Source: Somniosus microcephalus
Lineage: Eukaryota
Assembly (NCBI GenBank): GCA_052327205.1
Contig: CM126203.1
Location: 177,258,001-177,322,000 of the forward strand
Direction: 5' to 3'
DNA: 64,000 bases
Within the stretch, counting starts at the first letter, position 1, and every line of letters starts with the position of its first letter. Below, in pieces: positions 23,502-36,827 of this stretch. The notes under the pieces are model-generated. The model was not told the origin of the DNA and ran no database searches. It saw only the letters and a program-made list of their open reading frames with translations. The translations under genes were made by a program, and so were the position numbers.

Positions 23502-24899
23502 TCAGTCACGCAGGGGTGCTGGAACTCTCCGTGGAGCATGTACCACTGGTTGAGCATCCTCCTTTAGCTGGATCTTGTAAGTGAATGGTAGAACTCCAAA
23601 TCCTTTGAACACATCCTGGAAATTACTCACTACAGAATCCACTGAGTCATCTGGTCTGCTTATGGCACAGTTTATACGGTAGACTCTCTTGACCATTTCG
23701 AAGTCCTCACAAGCTTTGTCACCTAGTAGTGAATCAAGTCCTTCAGCCACAACAGAAAACATGAGATGATGCACTTTGTCTTTGACTGTCACTTTAAGTC
23801 TGCATACACCTAAGCTATCTATTTTCTGTCCATTATAGTTCTTCAGTAGTACTGACTTTTTCTGTATTTTGGGCTTTTCTTTCATATTTTTAATGTCACT
23901 CATACTGATTAAGTTTGCTTTTGCCCCAGTGTCTAGTTTCAATGTAACTAATGTTCCATTTACCTGCAGTGGCATTATCCATTTGTCCTCCTGTGCTGCA
24001 TTAACTTTATGTTCAGCATTGTCCATTCCTGAGGGCTGCACATTTTCTGTATCCTTTTTGATATTGTCATATGACACCATTCCTACAAAAAATGTCTCAC
24101 TTAAATCAGTGTCCTCAATCACATTGACTTGTTGCCCTTTCTTTGTTTTTACTTTTAAAAAGCATTGTTTGGCAAAGTGATTCTTTCCATTACATTTTGT
24201 GCACATTTTCCCAAATGCAGGGCATTGTCTTGACTGGTGCTGGTAACCACAGCATTTACAATTAAAAATTCCACCCTCCGATTGCTTTGCATTTCTGTTC
24301 TGCCCATGTTTCTTCCCTTTGTAGGACACAGCACCGACAGCAGCACAGTCACTCATTACAGTTGCATTATTATTAATTTCACTGAAAGTCTTTGCGTGCT
24401 GTTGAGCTAGCTCACTGGCATGGCATATTTTCACAGCATCCTCCAATGCTAGTTCGGTTTCTCTCAACAAACGTTCCCTGACCTTTTTATCATGAATACC
24501 AAACACAATCTGGTCATGAATCATGGATGATTTCAGTTCAGAGAAATTACATGTCTGTGCTTTCAGTTTCAGATCGGTCACAAAGCTGTCAAAAGTTTCA
24601 TTTTGCTGCTGTGTCCGTGAACGGAACACGTACCTCTCATAGGTCTCATTCTTTTTGGGAGAACAATGTGTATCAAACTTCTTTAGCACATCGTCCATTT
24701 TTTCTCTGTCCTCCTCTTGATCACATACAAATGTATTAAATACCTCTATCGCCTTCGTGCCTGCAACCGTGAGCAGTAACGCTATTTTCCTTGTGCCTGG
24801 CATCGTACCGAACCCGATAGCAGCAATGTAGAGTTCGAATTGTTGTTTGAAAGTCCACCAATTGCAGTCAACATTCCCCGTGAGTTTCAAATTCTCCAT
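23502..24899 (-). pseudogene. Gypsy gag-protease, truncated at the start of RT
   Basis: CCHC knuckle CTKCNGKNHFAKQC; protease LDTGAK; ends HAPRRVPAPLRD* at a deletion junction. Confidence 0.9.
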
Positions 24900-27800
24900 G
24901 TCGCGTTTCACAATATTCGGCAGATATTACCAATCCTGGTACCATGTTATGTTCATAAATAAATAGAAGTTTTCATTATGAGCAGCTAGCTTGAGCTAGT
25001 CATTTATTCAGCCATGTAGACTAGTGTACAGGCATCCATCTTGACTACTGCCTTGTGGGTAGCCCACTACTAAAAATACAGCTCCACCTAGTGTACCATT
25101 CTAGAATGACATGTTACTGATCATTACACAAGAGTGTTAAAAAAACAAGCCTGAAGGCTTTGTGGCATAATGCGAGGAGCATTTGTAATAAGGTGGATGA
25201 ATTAACTGCGCAAATAGAGGTAAATGGATATGATATGATTGGGATTACGGAAACATGGCTCCAGGGTGACCAAGGCTGGGAACTCAACATTCAGGGGTAT
25301 TCAATATTCAGGAAAGACAGGCAAAAAGGAAAAGGAGGTGGGGTAGCATTGCTGGTTAAAGAGGGGATTAACACAACTGTAAGGAAGGATATTAGCTCTG
25401 ATGATGTGGAATCTGTATGGGTAGAACTGAGAAATACCAAGGGGCAGAAAATGTTAGTGGGAGTGGTATACAGACGTCCAAACAGTAATGCGGAGGTTGG
25501 GGATGGCATTAAATGGGAAATTAGAGACGCGTGCAATAAGTGCACAGCAGTTATCATGGGTGACTTTAATCTACATATAGATTGGGCTAACCAAATTAGT
25601 AACAATACTGTGGAGGAGGAATTCCGGGAGTGTATACAGGATGGTTTCCTAGACCAATATGTTGAGGAACCAACTAGAGACCAGGCCATCTTAGACTGGG
25701 TATTATGTAATGAGAAAGGATTAATTAGCAATCTTGTTGTGCGAGGCCCCTTGTGGCGGTGCGATCATAATATGATAGAATTCTTCATTAAGATGGAGAG
25801 TGAAGTAGTTCACTCAAAGACTAGGGTCCTGAATTTAAATAAAGGAAATTATGATGGTATGAGGTGTGAGTTGGGTAGGATTGATTGGGGAATGTTACTC
25901 AAAGGGTTGATGGTGGATAGGCAATGGCAAACATTCAAAGGTCGCATGGATGAAGTACAGAATTTGTTCATCCCTGTTTGGCATAAAAATAAAACAAAAA
26001 AGGTGACTCAACCGTGGCTAACAAGGGAAATTAGGGATAGCATAAGATCCAAGGAAAGGACATATAAATTGGCCAGAAAAAGCAGTAAACCTGAGGATTG
26101 GGAGCAGTTTAGGATTCAGCAAAGGAGGACAAAGGGATTAATTAAGAGGGGGCAAATAGAGTATGAGAGTAAGCTTGCAGGGAACATAAAAACTGACTGT
26201 AAAAGCTTTTATAGATATGTGAAGAGAAAAGGATTGGTGAAGTCAAGCGTAGGTCCCTTGCAGTCAGAATCAGGGGAATTTATAATGGGGAACAAAGAAA
26301 TGGCAGACAAATTAAAACATACTTTGGGTCTGTCTTCACAAAGGAGGACACAAATAACCTCCCAGAGATGTCGGGGAGCATAGGATCTAATGAGAGGGAG
26401 AAACTGAATGAAATCAGTATGTGTAGGGATATGGTGTTAGGGAAATTGATGGGATTGGAGGCCGATAAATCCCCAGGGACTGATAATTTACAACCTAGGG
26501 TACTTAAGGTAGTGGCCCTCGAAATAGTAAATGCATTGCTGGTCATCTTCCAAAATTCTGCAGACTCTGGAACAGTTCCCATGGATTGGAGGGTAGCTAA
26601 TGTTACCCCACTATTCAAAAAAGCTGGTAGAGAGAAAACGGGGAATTATAGACCGGTAAGCCTGACATCGGTAGTGGGGAAAATGCTAGAGTCCATTATA
26701 AAAGATGTAATAGCAGAGCACTTGGAAAACAGTGACAGGATCGGACAAAGTCAACATGGATTTACAAAAGATAAATCGTGCTTGACTAATGTACTGGAAT
26801 TTTTTGAGGATGTAACTGGTAGAATAGATAAGGGAAAACCAGTGGATATGGTGTATTTGGACTTTCAGAAGACTTTCGATAAGGTCCCGCATAAGAGATT
26901 AGCGTGTAAAGTTAAGGCACATGAGATTGGGGGCAAGGTACTGACTTGGATAGAGAACTGGTTGGCAAAGAGTTGGAATAAATGGGTCTTTTTCCGAATG
27001 GCAGGCAGTGACTAGTGGGGTACCGCAGGGATCGGTCCAAGGACCCCAGCTATTCACAATATATATTAATGATCTAGACGAGGGAACTAGATGTAATATC
27101 TCCAAGTTTGCAGATGACACAAAGCTGGGTGGGCGTGTGTGCTTTGAGGAGGATGCCGAGAAACTCCAGTATGATTTGGACAGGTTGGGTGATTGGGCAG
27201 TTGCATGGCAGATGCAGTATAATGTGGTTAAATGCGAGGTTATCCACTTTGATGGCAAAAAAGGAAGGCAGATTATTATCTGAACGGCAATAGATTGGGA
27301 GAAGGGGAAGTACAACGAGACCTGGGTGTCCTGCTGCACCAGTCGCTGAAGGTAAGCATGCAGGTGCGGCAGGCGGTTAAGAAGGCAAATGGTATGTTGG
27401 CCTTTGTAGCGAGAGGGTTTGCGTACATGAACAAGGATGTCTTGCTGCAGTTGTACAGGGCCTTGGTGAGACCACACCTTGAGTATTGTGTGCAGTTTTG
27501 GTCACCTTATCTGAGGAAGAATATTCTTGCCATGGAGGGAGTGCAGCGAAGATTCACCAGATTGATACCTGGAGTGGCAGGAATGACGTATGAGGAGAGA
27601 TTGGGATGATTGGGCTTATACTCGCTGGAGTTTAGAAGAATGAGAGGGGATCTCATTGAAACTTATAAAATTCTAACAGGACTAGACAGACTAGATGCAG
27701 GAAGGATGTTCTCGATGGCGGGGGAGTCCAGAACCAGGGGTCACAGTCTAAAGATAAGGGGTAAGCCATTTAGGACAGAGATGAGGAGGAATTTCTTCAC

Positions 27801-28544
27801 CCAGAGAGTGGTGAACCTGTGGAATTCTCTACCACAGAAGGCAGTTGAGGCCAATTCATTAAATATATTCAAGAAGGAGTTAGATATATTTCTTAAGGCT
27901 AAAGGGATCAAGGGATATGGGGAGAAGGCAGGGACAGGGTACTGAGTTTGGATGATCAGCCATGATCTCATTGAATGGTGGAGCAGGCTCGAAGGGCCGA
28001 ATGGCCTACTCCTGCTCCTATCTTCTATGTTTCTAAACTTGACCTTAGTTGATCTTACTTGTACATCATCTTTCTGGACATCCAACCGTGGTTATCCATC
28101 CTGATTTAATCAATAACGTGCTATTTATTTTGTGGATCCCACTGATTTTCCTTTTTTAACATTCTCCTTTATATTCATGAGCCTCCTGTATGAGCCAATA
28201 GGTACAACTTTGAAGGAGTTAATTACTTTTGGAAATATTTTTTAAATGTTGAGTTACTTTTTAATATATAGTACTCTGATAGTAATCAAGAACCAAAACA
28301 TATAATTACCAAGTTAATAATAACAATTATTTTACTTTCTATTTTATCAATTGCTCCTATAGGAAAAAATAAACACATACATGTACATGCCAGCAATTTT
28401 TTGGGCTGGAGGTCAGTCATTCTTAAGTATGGTACTTATACATATTTATTTATTGTATATACACGCTTTAGAGCTAATTGTTCCTATGAGTCCTATTAGG
28501 TAACAGATTGTTACATAATATGTTTATTGGTATTTGATTTTTTT

Positions 28545-30760
28545 TCTCGTTTATGGGATGAGGGCATCATTGGCAAGGCCAGCATTTATTGCCCATCACT
28601 AATTGCCCTTGAGAAGGTGGTGGTGGTGAGCTGCCTTCTTGAACCACTGCAGTCCATGTTATTAAGCTAGTCCCACAGTGCTGTTAGAGAATTCCAGGAT
28701 TTTGACCCAGCGACGATGAAGGATTGGCGATATACTTCTAAGTCAGGATGGTGCATGACTTGGAGGGGAATTTGGAGGTGGTGGTATTCCCATGCACCTG
28801 CTGCCCTTGTCCTTCTAGGTGGAAGATGTCACAGGTTTGGGAGGTGCTGCCGAAAAAGCCTTGGCGAGTTGCTGCAGTGCATTTGTAGATGCTACACACT
28901 GCAGCCATGGTATGCTGGTGGTGGAAGGAGTGAATGTTTAAGGTGGTCGACGTGGTGCCAATCAAGCGGGCTGTTTTTCCTGGATGGTGTTGAGCTTCTT
29001 GAGTGTTGTTAGAGCTGCACTCATCCAGGCAAGTGGAGAGTATCCCATCGCACTCCTTCCTTGTGCCTTGTAAATGGTGGAAAGACTTTGGAGAGTCAGG
29101 TTGTGAGACACTCACCACAGAATACCCAGCCTCTGACCTGCTCTTGTTGCCACAGTATTTATGTGGCTGGTCCAGTTAAGTTTCTGGCCAATGGTGACCC
29201 CCAGGATGGTGATGGTGGGGGATTCGGCGATGGTAACGCCAATGAATGTCAAGGGGTGGTGGTTAGACTCTCGCTTGTTGGAGATAGTCATTGCCTGGCA
29301 CTTGTGTGGCGCGAATGTTACCTGCCACTTACCAGCCCATACCTGCATGTCGAACAGGTCTCGTTGCATGCGGGCATGGACTGCTTCATTATCTGAGGAG
29401 TTGTGAATGGCACGGAACACTGAGCAGTCATCAGCGAACATCCCCATTTCTGACCTTATGTTGGAGGGAAGGTCATTGATGAAGCAACTGAAGATGGTTG
29501 GGCCTAGGACACTGCCCTGTGGAACTCCTGGGGCTGTGATGATTGACCTCCAACCACCACAACCATCTTCCTTTGTGCTAGTTATGACTCCAACCAGTGG
29601 AGAGATTTCCCCCCGATTCCCAATGACTTCAGTTTTACTGGAGCTCCTTGATGCCCCACTCGGTCAAATGCTGTCAAGGGCAGTCACTCTCACCTCCCCT
29701 CCGGAATTCAACTCCTTTGTCCATGTTTGGGCATCAGTGAGCAGGTTATTGGTGAGTGAGTGCCACTTGATAGCACTGTCGGTGTGGTAATTGGCCGGAT
29801 TGGATTTGTCCTGGTTTTGTAAACATAGAAACACAGAAGATAGGAGCAGGCCATTCGGCCCCTCGAGCCTCCTCCGCCATTTAATGAGATCATGGCTGAT
29901 CATCCAAATTCAGTACCCTGTCCCTGCTTTCTCCCCATATCCCTTGATCCCTTTAGCCTTAAGAAATATATCTAACTCCTTCTTGTAAATATTTAATGAA
30001 TTGGCCTCAACTGCCTTTTGTGGTAGAGAATCCCACAGGTTCACCACTCTCTGGGTGAAGAAATTCCTCTCTGTCCTAAATGGCTTACCCCTTATCATTA
30101 GACTGTGACCCCTGGTTCTGGACTCCCCCACCACTGGGAACATCCTTCCTGCATCCAATCTGTTTAGCCCTGTTAGAATTTTATAAGTTTCAGTGAAATC
30201 CCCTCTTATCCTTCTAAACTCTAGCGAATATAAGCCCAATCGACCCAATCTCTCCTCATATGTCATTCCTGCCATCCCAGGTATCAGTCTGGTGAATCTT
30301 CGCTGCACTCCCTCCATGGCAAGAACATCCTTCCTCAGATAAGGCGACCAAAACTGCACACAATACTCAAGGTGTGGTCTCACCAAGGCCCTGTACAACT
30401 GCAGCAAGACATCCTTGCTCCTGTACTCGAATCCTCTCGCTAGGAAGGCAGTGGACAGAACATACCTGGGCAGTTTTCCACATTGTCGGTTAGATGCCAG
30501 TGTTATAGCTGTACTAGAACAGCTTGGCTAGAGGCGTGGCTAGTTCTGGAGCACAAGTCTTCTGGAGCACAGGTCTTCTGGGTGAAAGCTCTCCCAATTT
30601 TAGCACAAGCCCCCAGATGTTGGGTGAGGAGGACTTTGCAGGGTCAACTAGGCTGGATGTGCCATTGCCATGTCCATAGCTGGTGCCGAGGTCGATGTCA
30701 GGTGGTCCGTCCGGTTTCATTCTTTTTATTGTGTTTCATAGCAGTTAGTTACAATTGAGT
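28545..30760 (-). mobile_element. Internally deleted LINE of a second CR1/L2-group family
   Basis: MFADDCSVF, WQVTFAPHKCQAMTIS, LGVTIGQKLNW, TCAPELATPLAKLF; 3' tail (reverse complement) at 28545-28715. Confidence 0.85.
29821..30450 (-). mobile_element. 5'-truncated CR1 fragment nested in the LINE above; same subfamily as copy C
   Basis: LQLYRALVRPHLEYCVQFWSP...GIKGYGEKAGTGY*, followed by a 3' tail. Confidence 0.92.
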
Positions 30761-31005
30761 GACTTGTTAGGCCATTTCAGAGGGTAGTTAAGAGTCAACC
30801 ACATTGCTGTGGGTCTGGAGTCACATATAGGCCAGACCCGGTAAGGACGGCAGATTTCCTTCCCTAAAGGACATTAGTAAACCAGATGGGTATTTACGAC
30901 AATCCAATAGTTTCATGGTTACCATTACTGATACTAGCTTTTTATCCCAGATTTATTTAATTAACTGAATTTAAATTCCCTAGCTGCTGTGGTGGGATTT
31001 GAACA
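30757..31005 (-). mobile_element. tRNA-related SINE-like or LINE 5' segment
   Basis: B-box GTTCAAATCCC on the - strand at ~30993-31003, followed by a SINE-like body. Confidence 0.6.
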
Positions 31006-31006
31006 C

Positions 31007-31200
31007 ATCGTTCCTTCATTGTCGCTGGGTCAAAATCCTGAAACTCCCTCCCTAACAGCACTGTGGGAGTACCTTCACCACACGGACTGCAGCGGTTCAA
31101 GAAGGCAGCTCACCACCACCTTCTCAAGGGCAACTAGGGATGGGCAATAAATGCTGGCCTTGCCAGTGATGCCCACATCCCATGAATGAATTTTTAAAAA
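31007..31200 (+). mobile_element. LINE 3' tail, inverted copy of 28545-28715
   Basis: GGTTCAAGAAGGCAGCTCACCACCACCTTCTCAAGGGCAA...AATAAATGCTGGCCTTGCC...CCCATGAATGAA. Confidence 0.85.
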
Positions 31201-32343
31201 TGTGCAGCCCTAAACATATTGGATTATGATATTGAAAGAGGCCAGATCCATAACTGGGATAACCATTGATCCTAATCTTTTCCAGTACCTTTTGAGACTC
31301 CCACTGTGGATTCACCTAGAAATGGTCCAAATTATTAATTTTTTCTATACATTTCCTAATGGTTTAGTTAAAGAGGTAGCCGGACCTAAAACTACTACCT
31401 TTGACATTATTGTTGTATATACCAATATAAGAAGATACTTGATAGCAGACTTACTATCAGTGCATGTGACCTAGACTAGTAATAGTAAGTATTATTGTTG
31501 TCTGTATTTTTAACTTCCCATTCTTCATTAAACTGGAGGCTTGTGTATTTGTTGCTCTGGTTATTAATGTTGTTTTACATTTGACCTGTGATTATATCTG
31601 TAGTGTTGCCAAAAAAGCAGTAGCACACCAGTTTGTGTGGTTAACCCCTTTTATATACAAATATAAGAACACAATTTCCACTGAAAATTATATTTCCTGA
31701 AACTCTTGTTCATAAAAGATTTCTAGTTACGCTGCTCATACTTCTCTATTTTGATCGCAGTCTGATTTATTTCACCAAAGCACTCTACTGAAGCCTCCTG
31801 GGTTGCACTTCTGCTAAAATTTCTCATAAAACTATATTTTATGACTGGTGATGATGACTGGTTTCAAGGTTGCAAAATTTTCAGTACCACATGTCTCATA
31901 ACTACCTTTATTTATTTTAGTACTCTTCATTGGGTCCTTCATTACTAACCACTCATTTCCCCATGGATGTATTCTCCATCATTATATTTACCTGTCTGGA
32001 GACACACCCAAAGTCTGTGGTGATAACTATTTTTAAAAATATATTTTAAAACTTTTTTTCATATTGGTGTAAGATTTCCTCCATATGCTAAACATAACAA
32101 ATCCATATAGAGTTATAAAGAACATGCTTATGATGTTGCTAGTACATATAAGAAATATTTCCCCATTGTTAACCAGCCCATTGACTCATCTCTCTTGCTT
32201 GAGGGCCTTACTTGTCTTTTAATGCTTTGTTTGCTATTAAACAATCCAAGCCATTTTTTATTTCTCCTAATGCCCATTTTACCTTGCATTTCTATTTTTT
32301 AAATTTTCATTGTGTGAAGCCCATCCTGAATGTTCATTCTTAT

Positions 32344-32599
32344 TGTAGTGTATGTAACCGTTCCACCTTTAAGAGAACTATTTTGTAACCGTTCCACCTT
32401 TAAGAGAACTATTTTAAGGGTTGCACTACTTTATCTTGGCTGCTGTATACTGTAATACCGGCGGTGACCACACCGGTATATAAGTGCTGTGTAATGATTT
32501 ATTGGGCAGTTCCGCCCTGACCTTCAACCAGTAAAGACCTGTTAAAGTTTACTCTTGTGGTCTGTGTAGTAATTCGCAATATAACACACAGACTTAACA
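32344..32599 (+). mobile_element. Solo LTR (Gypsy type)
   Basis: TGTAG...TAACA; 5-bp TSD CTTAT; TATA-like and AGTAAA signals; internal 30-bp tandem duplication; shares a motif with the 53907 LTR. Confidence 0.9.
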
Positions 32600-33354
32600 C
32601 TTATTAATAATAATTCCTATTAATGTGATTCAATTTATTTAACCTCGGCTGTCCTCCCTATTTTGGTTGTATGATTGCGAATAATGATAGCTTTAGTTTT
32701 GAAAAAGTTATCGCTATATGTGAAGCTGATAAATTTTGCGTTTTGAGAAATCTAATCATATAAATAAGGAATGAGAATTGGCTTTGGTTTTTAATGATAG
32801 CTAAAATTATTCTTTCGCTGTGGCAGAAATGCTTTAGAAACTCTCACAGAATTTTAATCTTGCATTTGAATTCCATGACATATTGTTGGAATGTCTAAGA
32901 AGTATGCATAACAGGGAGCTGCTATAACACTGCAAGAGTAATCAAGGTCAACTGAATAAATCAACTCGATTAACTAACTCTGAGGCAGATTGGCAAGTTT
33001 AGACAAGCTGCAGATGAGACTATAGAAGTGGGGGAGGGAAGGCTTTCAGGCCCAGTTTTAACATTGGACTCAATGGGCTGGATTTTAATTCAGGGGCGGG
33101 TTGGGGGTCGTGTAATCCGCATTTCGTGTTATCCACACGAATGTAAATCGATGTGGGAGATTGATGCGAATTTAACTTAATTGCCCAATTGAGTTCCAGC
33201 GTGTGGGAACCCTTGGCAAATGAGTTTATCCAGTCTGAAAGTCGCCTCCGATGACGTCATCATTGCTGCTGCATTTAAGGTCTACAGCAAACCTTGCATC
33301 TTCTGCAGACTGCCAACCTTTTGGCCTTTGGTGTGGGAGGGACCTGGAGGCACC

Positions 33355-35347
33355 ATGAGCAGCGGGAGAGCTAAGTCTGCTCCCAGATTCGATGATGTGG
33401 CCCTGCAGGCATTAGTTGATGGAGCTAGAGCACATAAGGAGGTGCTCTTCCTTTCTACAGGGAGGAAGAAACCTCCCCAGCAGACCAAGGCCGTGTGGAT
33501 ACAGGTGGCAGAGGAGGTAAACTCCTTAGCAATGACCCACAGAATCTGGATACAGTGTAGGAAGAGATTTCATGACCTTCAGCGCACTGGAAAAGTGAGT
33601 ATGATTTTCCCATCACCCTCAATCTGATCCCCATTGCCTTTCCCCACCAGCACTCAGCTTTAGCAATCTCTTCCTCCACATCCCACTTGACATTGACATC
33701 CATGCACCCTTACCCATTCCCTTTCTCTCTATGGTCATATTCACCTAACTATTCGACTATGCAGCCCTCACACACCCTATCACTGTGATGCTATGCAGAC
33801 AACTGACAACACACAGGGAGGGCCCTTGGTCTTGCCACTTCTCTCCATCTTTGTCTCCTTCTAAGTATCTATGCTATGGAATCTCTACACTCACTCTTTC
33901 ATTCTCATTCAACCGCCACTTGTCTCCCTCATTGCAGGAAAAGAGAGCTCACAATAAAAGAGAAAGAGCGAGGACAGGAGGAGGGACACCCTCACTAGCC
34001 CACATCACCCCCTGGGAGGAGGCGGTCCTGGAAACCGTTGGAGTTGAGGAAGATGCGTAAGTGGGGGACGGACAGACGGGTGCAATACAGCAAGTTGGTG
34101 ACAGAATAGTTTACCATCTCTCTCATTGACATTGCATGAGTCGCTGATAATGATTCTGAAGCTCTAACAGATGGACTTATGAGCATCTGCAATATGCAAT
34201 GTGCATGTAACCTTGGCATCACATCTCTGACTCTTTCCTTTACTCCCCCACAGGACCATCACAAGCAGCTGTCCTAAATAGCCAGGAGGAACAGCCTGAG
34301 CAGCCAGACTCCTCAGAGAAAGCTGCAACCTCTGAGGGCACAGCGTCAGCAGAATTCAGCGCACCCAGCACCAGCGCAGACACTCACACCTCGGTGGGAC
34401 CTTCGGGACATAGAGCAGTGTTGTCACCTGTATCACAGCTCACAAGTGAGCATCAGCAGATCGTGGAGACAGGGACAGCAGTGGAGAGTCCTAGTCAGAG
34501 GGCACAGGACTCTGCCAGCTCAGCTCAGCTGCATGTCGACCCTCTGCCTCTGGGTCCATCCATAAGATCAGTGGTGCTGGAACTCCAGGAACAGATGCAG
34601 GAGTCTCTGGCAGGTTTTGTCTCCAGGGTCGCTGAGAGTGTGGAGCGAATGGAGGAGTCCATAGCGAACATGAGCAGAGCCTTTGTGGAGTCATTGGCGC
34701 ATGAACGCATCACCACGGAAGGGATGGCAACCTCCGTGCAAATGATGGCAACCTCCGTCGAAAGGATGGCTACAGTAGATGAGAGGATGGCTGCGGCCAT
34801 GGAGGCAATAAGTCGCCAGAGTGCAGAAAACATGGTGAGTGTTCAGAATAGAATGACATCTCTGGAGGAGTGATGGTCATCTATTGAACAGAGAAACCAG
34901 ACCTTCATGGCAGTCTCTCTGAGTAGGACTGCCAGTGCAGATACGGGTCCCCATGGCCCCCCTGATGTGCAGCAAGGTGCTCTCCAGCCACTTGCAGGTG
35001 CTGAAGGGGAACTGACCCATGAGAGGGAAGTTGGTGGCAGGCATCAAGGAAGTGGGGGCTCCTCTCCAAGCGCTCACACTTCCATGCCACTGCAGAGCCC
35101 TCGGTCAGAGCCCCACCAGAGTCCACACCCAACTGAGATCGGCGTCTCAACCCCTGCACAGCAGCAGGAGCAGCAGACTGTTGACGAGCCATCACAGGCT
35201 CTCAACCCCAGAGGAAGCCTGCCAAAGGTGTCAAGACAGGAGCAGCAGGAAAGTGAGCAAGGGGCCTCCATATCTGCTGAAGCCACAGGGGAAGCACCAT
35301 GTAGGAGCACAAATAGTCACAAGGGTAGTCACTTGGGTGAAATTTGA
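33355..35347 (+). pseudogene. Harbinger Myb/SANT gene, 3 exons (33355-33594, 33938-34097, 34254-35347), two nonsense codons
   Basis: MSSGRAKSAPRFDD...WIQVAEEV...WIQCRKRFHDL|GTGAGT; EKRAHNKRERARTGGG; coiled-coil exon 3; stops at 34058 and 34871. Confidence 0.88.
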
Positions 35348-35573
35348 TGTATTGTTAGAAAAAGCCATTGGATTAATAATGTTAATAAAAATTCTGATGG
35401 CTACTGCTGTAGTTGTGGCGTGTGTCATTTTGCGAATGGAACTTTAACATTGAGGGCTTAGTATTACTTGCAATTGTCAATATGCTGGTCAAATAGCTAG
35501 GAATCCACAGGGTCTTGGCCATTGTTGATGCTCAGGTAAGAAGCTGCAAGGCAAAAGTGCTTGATCGGCTAGG

Positions 35574-36827
35574 CTAAGCAAATCTGGCCAAGATGAGTAC
35601 GTTCCTTGCATCCCGGGCAGCAATGTTCTCATGTAATGCTGTCGCTAGTTGATGGGCCTCTGCAGGATGCTTGTTTTTGCTTTCCTCCTCCTCCTCCATC
35701 ATCATCATCATCATCTGAGGAGGATATGTGAGGAGCCACTTGATCCTCAGGAATCTGCAAGCCATGACGCTGTGCCATGTTGTGAAGTGCACAGCAAACC
35801 ACGACGATTCTGGAGACCCTGGCTGCTGAGTACTGCAGGGCTCCACCGGATCAATCCAGGCATCTGAAGCGCATCTTCAGCAAACCGATGGTTTACTCGA
35901 TTATGGCTCTGGTGGACATGTGGCTGGAGTTGTAGCTCTCCTCTGCTTCGTTGGATGGTCTCCTCAACGGCGTCATTAGCCACTTCCTCAGGGGATAGCC
36001 CTTGTCTCCAAGTAGCCATCCGTTAAGTTGGTCTGGCGGACTGAATAGCGGAGGCACACTAGACTGGCGAAGTATGAAGGAGTCATGGCAGCTGCCAGGG
36101 TACTTGGCACAAACATGCAAAATTTCCTTCTTGTGGTCACACACCAGCTGAACGTTAAGGGAGTAGAAGCTCTTGCGATTGACAAAAATACCTAGATTGC
36201 GATGGGGTGCCTTACGGGCCACATGTGTGAAGTCAACGACGCCCTGCACCCTTGGAAAGCCTGCCAGATTAGCTAATCCAACCGCTCGCACTGTGACACT
36301 AGCTTGATCCTTGGTGAAATGGATGTGAATGTGCGCGATGGCAAAGAGGGCATCGGTTACCTGCGTGATGCAAGTGTGTGCGGCCGCCTGGGAGATGCCG
36401 CTGATGTCTGCTGCTGATCCCTGGAATGAGTCTGAGGCTAAAAAGCTGAGTGCGGTGGTGACTTTGACGGCCACTGGTAAGGCTTGTCCACTTGGTCCTC
36501 TGGGCTGCAGGTATTGTTGCAGCATTGCGCAGATGTCACTCACTACCTCTCGCGAAAGTCGGAGCTGCCTTTGGCACTGCTACTCCCTCATGTTGAGGTA
36601 GCTGACCCTGTGTCTGTAGACCCTGTTTGGGGGTATCTCCTGCGCTGATGGGCTTCTAGACGCTGGCCCCTTCTGGTCTGTGCAGCTTCAGGTGGGTGAG
36701 CAGCAGCCTGGCGCTCCTGCTGCTGCTGCTGTTGTTGGTGCTGCTGTTGTTCCTGGTTCTGCTGGTGCCGTGGCTGGTGCTCGAGCTCATCTAATGCCCA
36801 GAAGGGAAGGAAATAAATGGCTCCCAT
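35574..36827 (-). pseudogene. Harbinger transposase, frameshifted
   Basis: [40 protein letters not shown]; Q-rich N terminus. Confidence 0.92.

Larger units (their letters stand above)
18775..25128 (-). mobile_element. Gypsy/Ty3 LTR retrotransposon, internally deleted
   Basis: 184-bp LTRs at 18775-18958 and 24945-25128 (TG...CA, 4 mismatches by eye); 5-bp TSD CAAGA; PBS TGGTACCAGG; PPT AAGGAAGGGGA. Confidence 0.95.
18423..28035 (+). mobile_element. 5'-truncated CR1 LINE (copy C), split by the Gypsy insertion at 18775-25128
   Basis: End of ORF1 at 18455-18615; ORF2 resumes at 25134 (NARSICNKVDEL, ITETW, FADD) with frameshifts and ends at 27945; tail CCTACTCCTGCTCCTATCTTCTATGTTTCTA. Confidence 0.92.
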
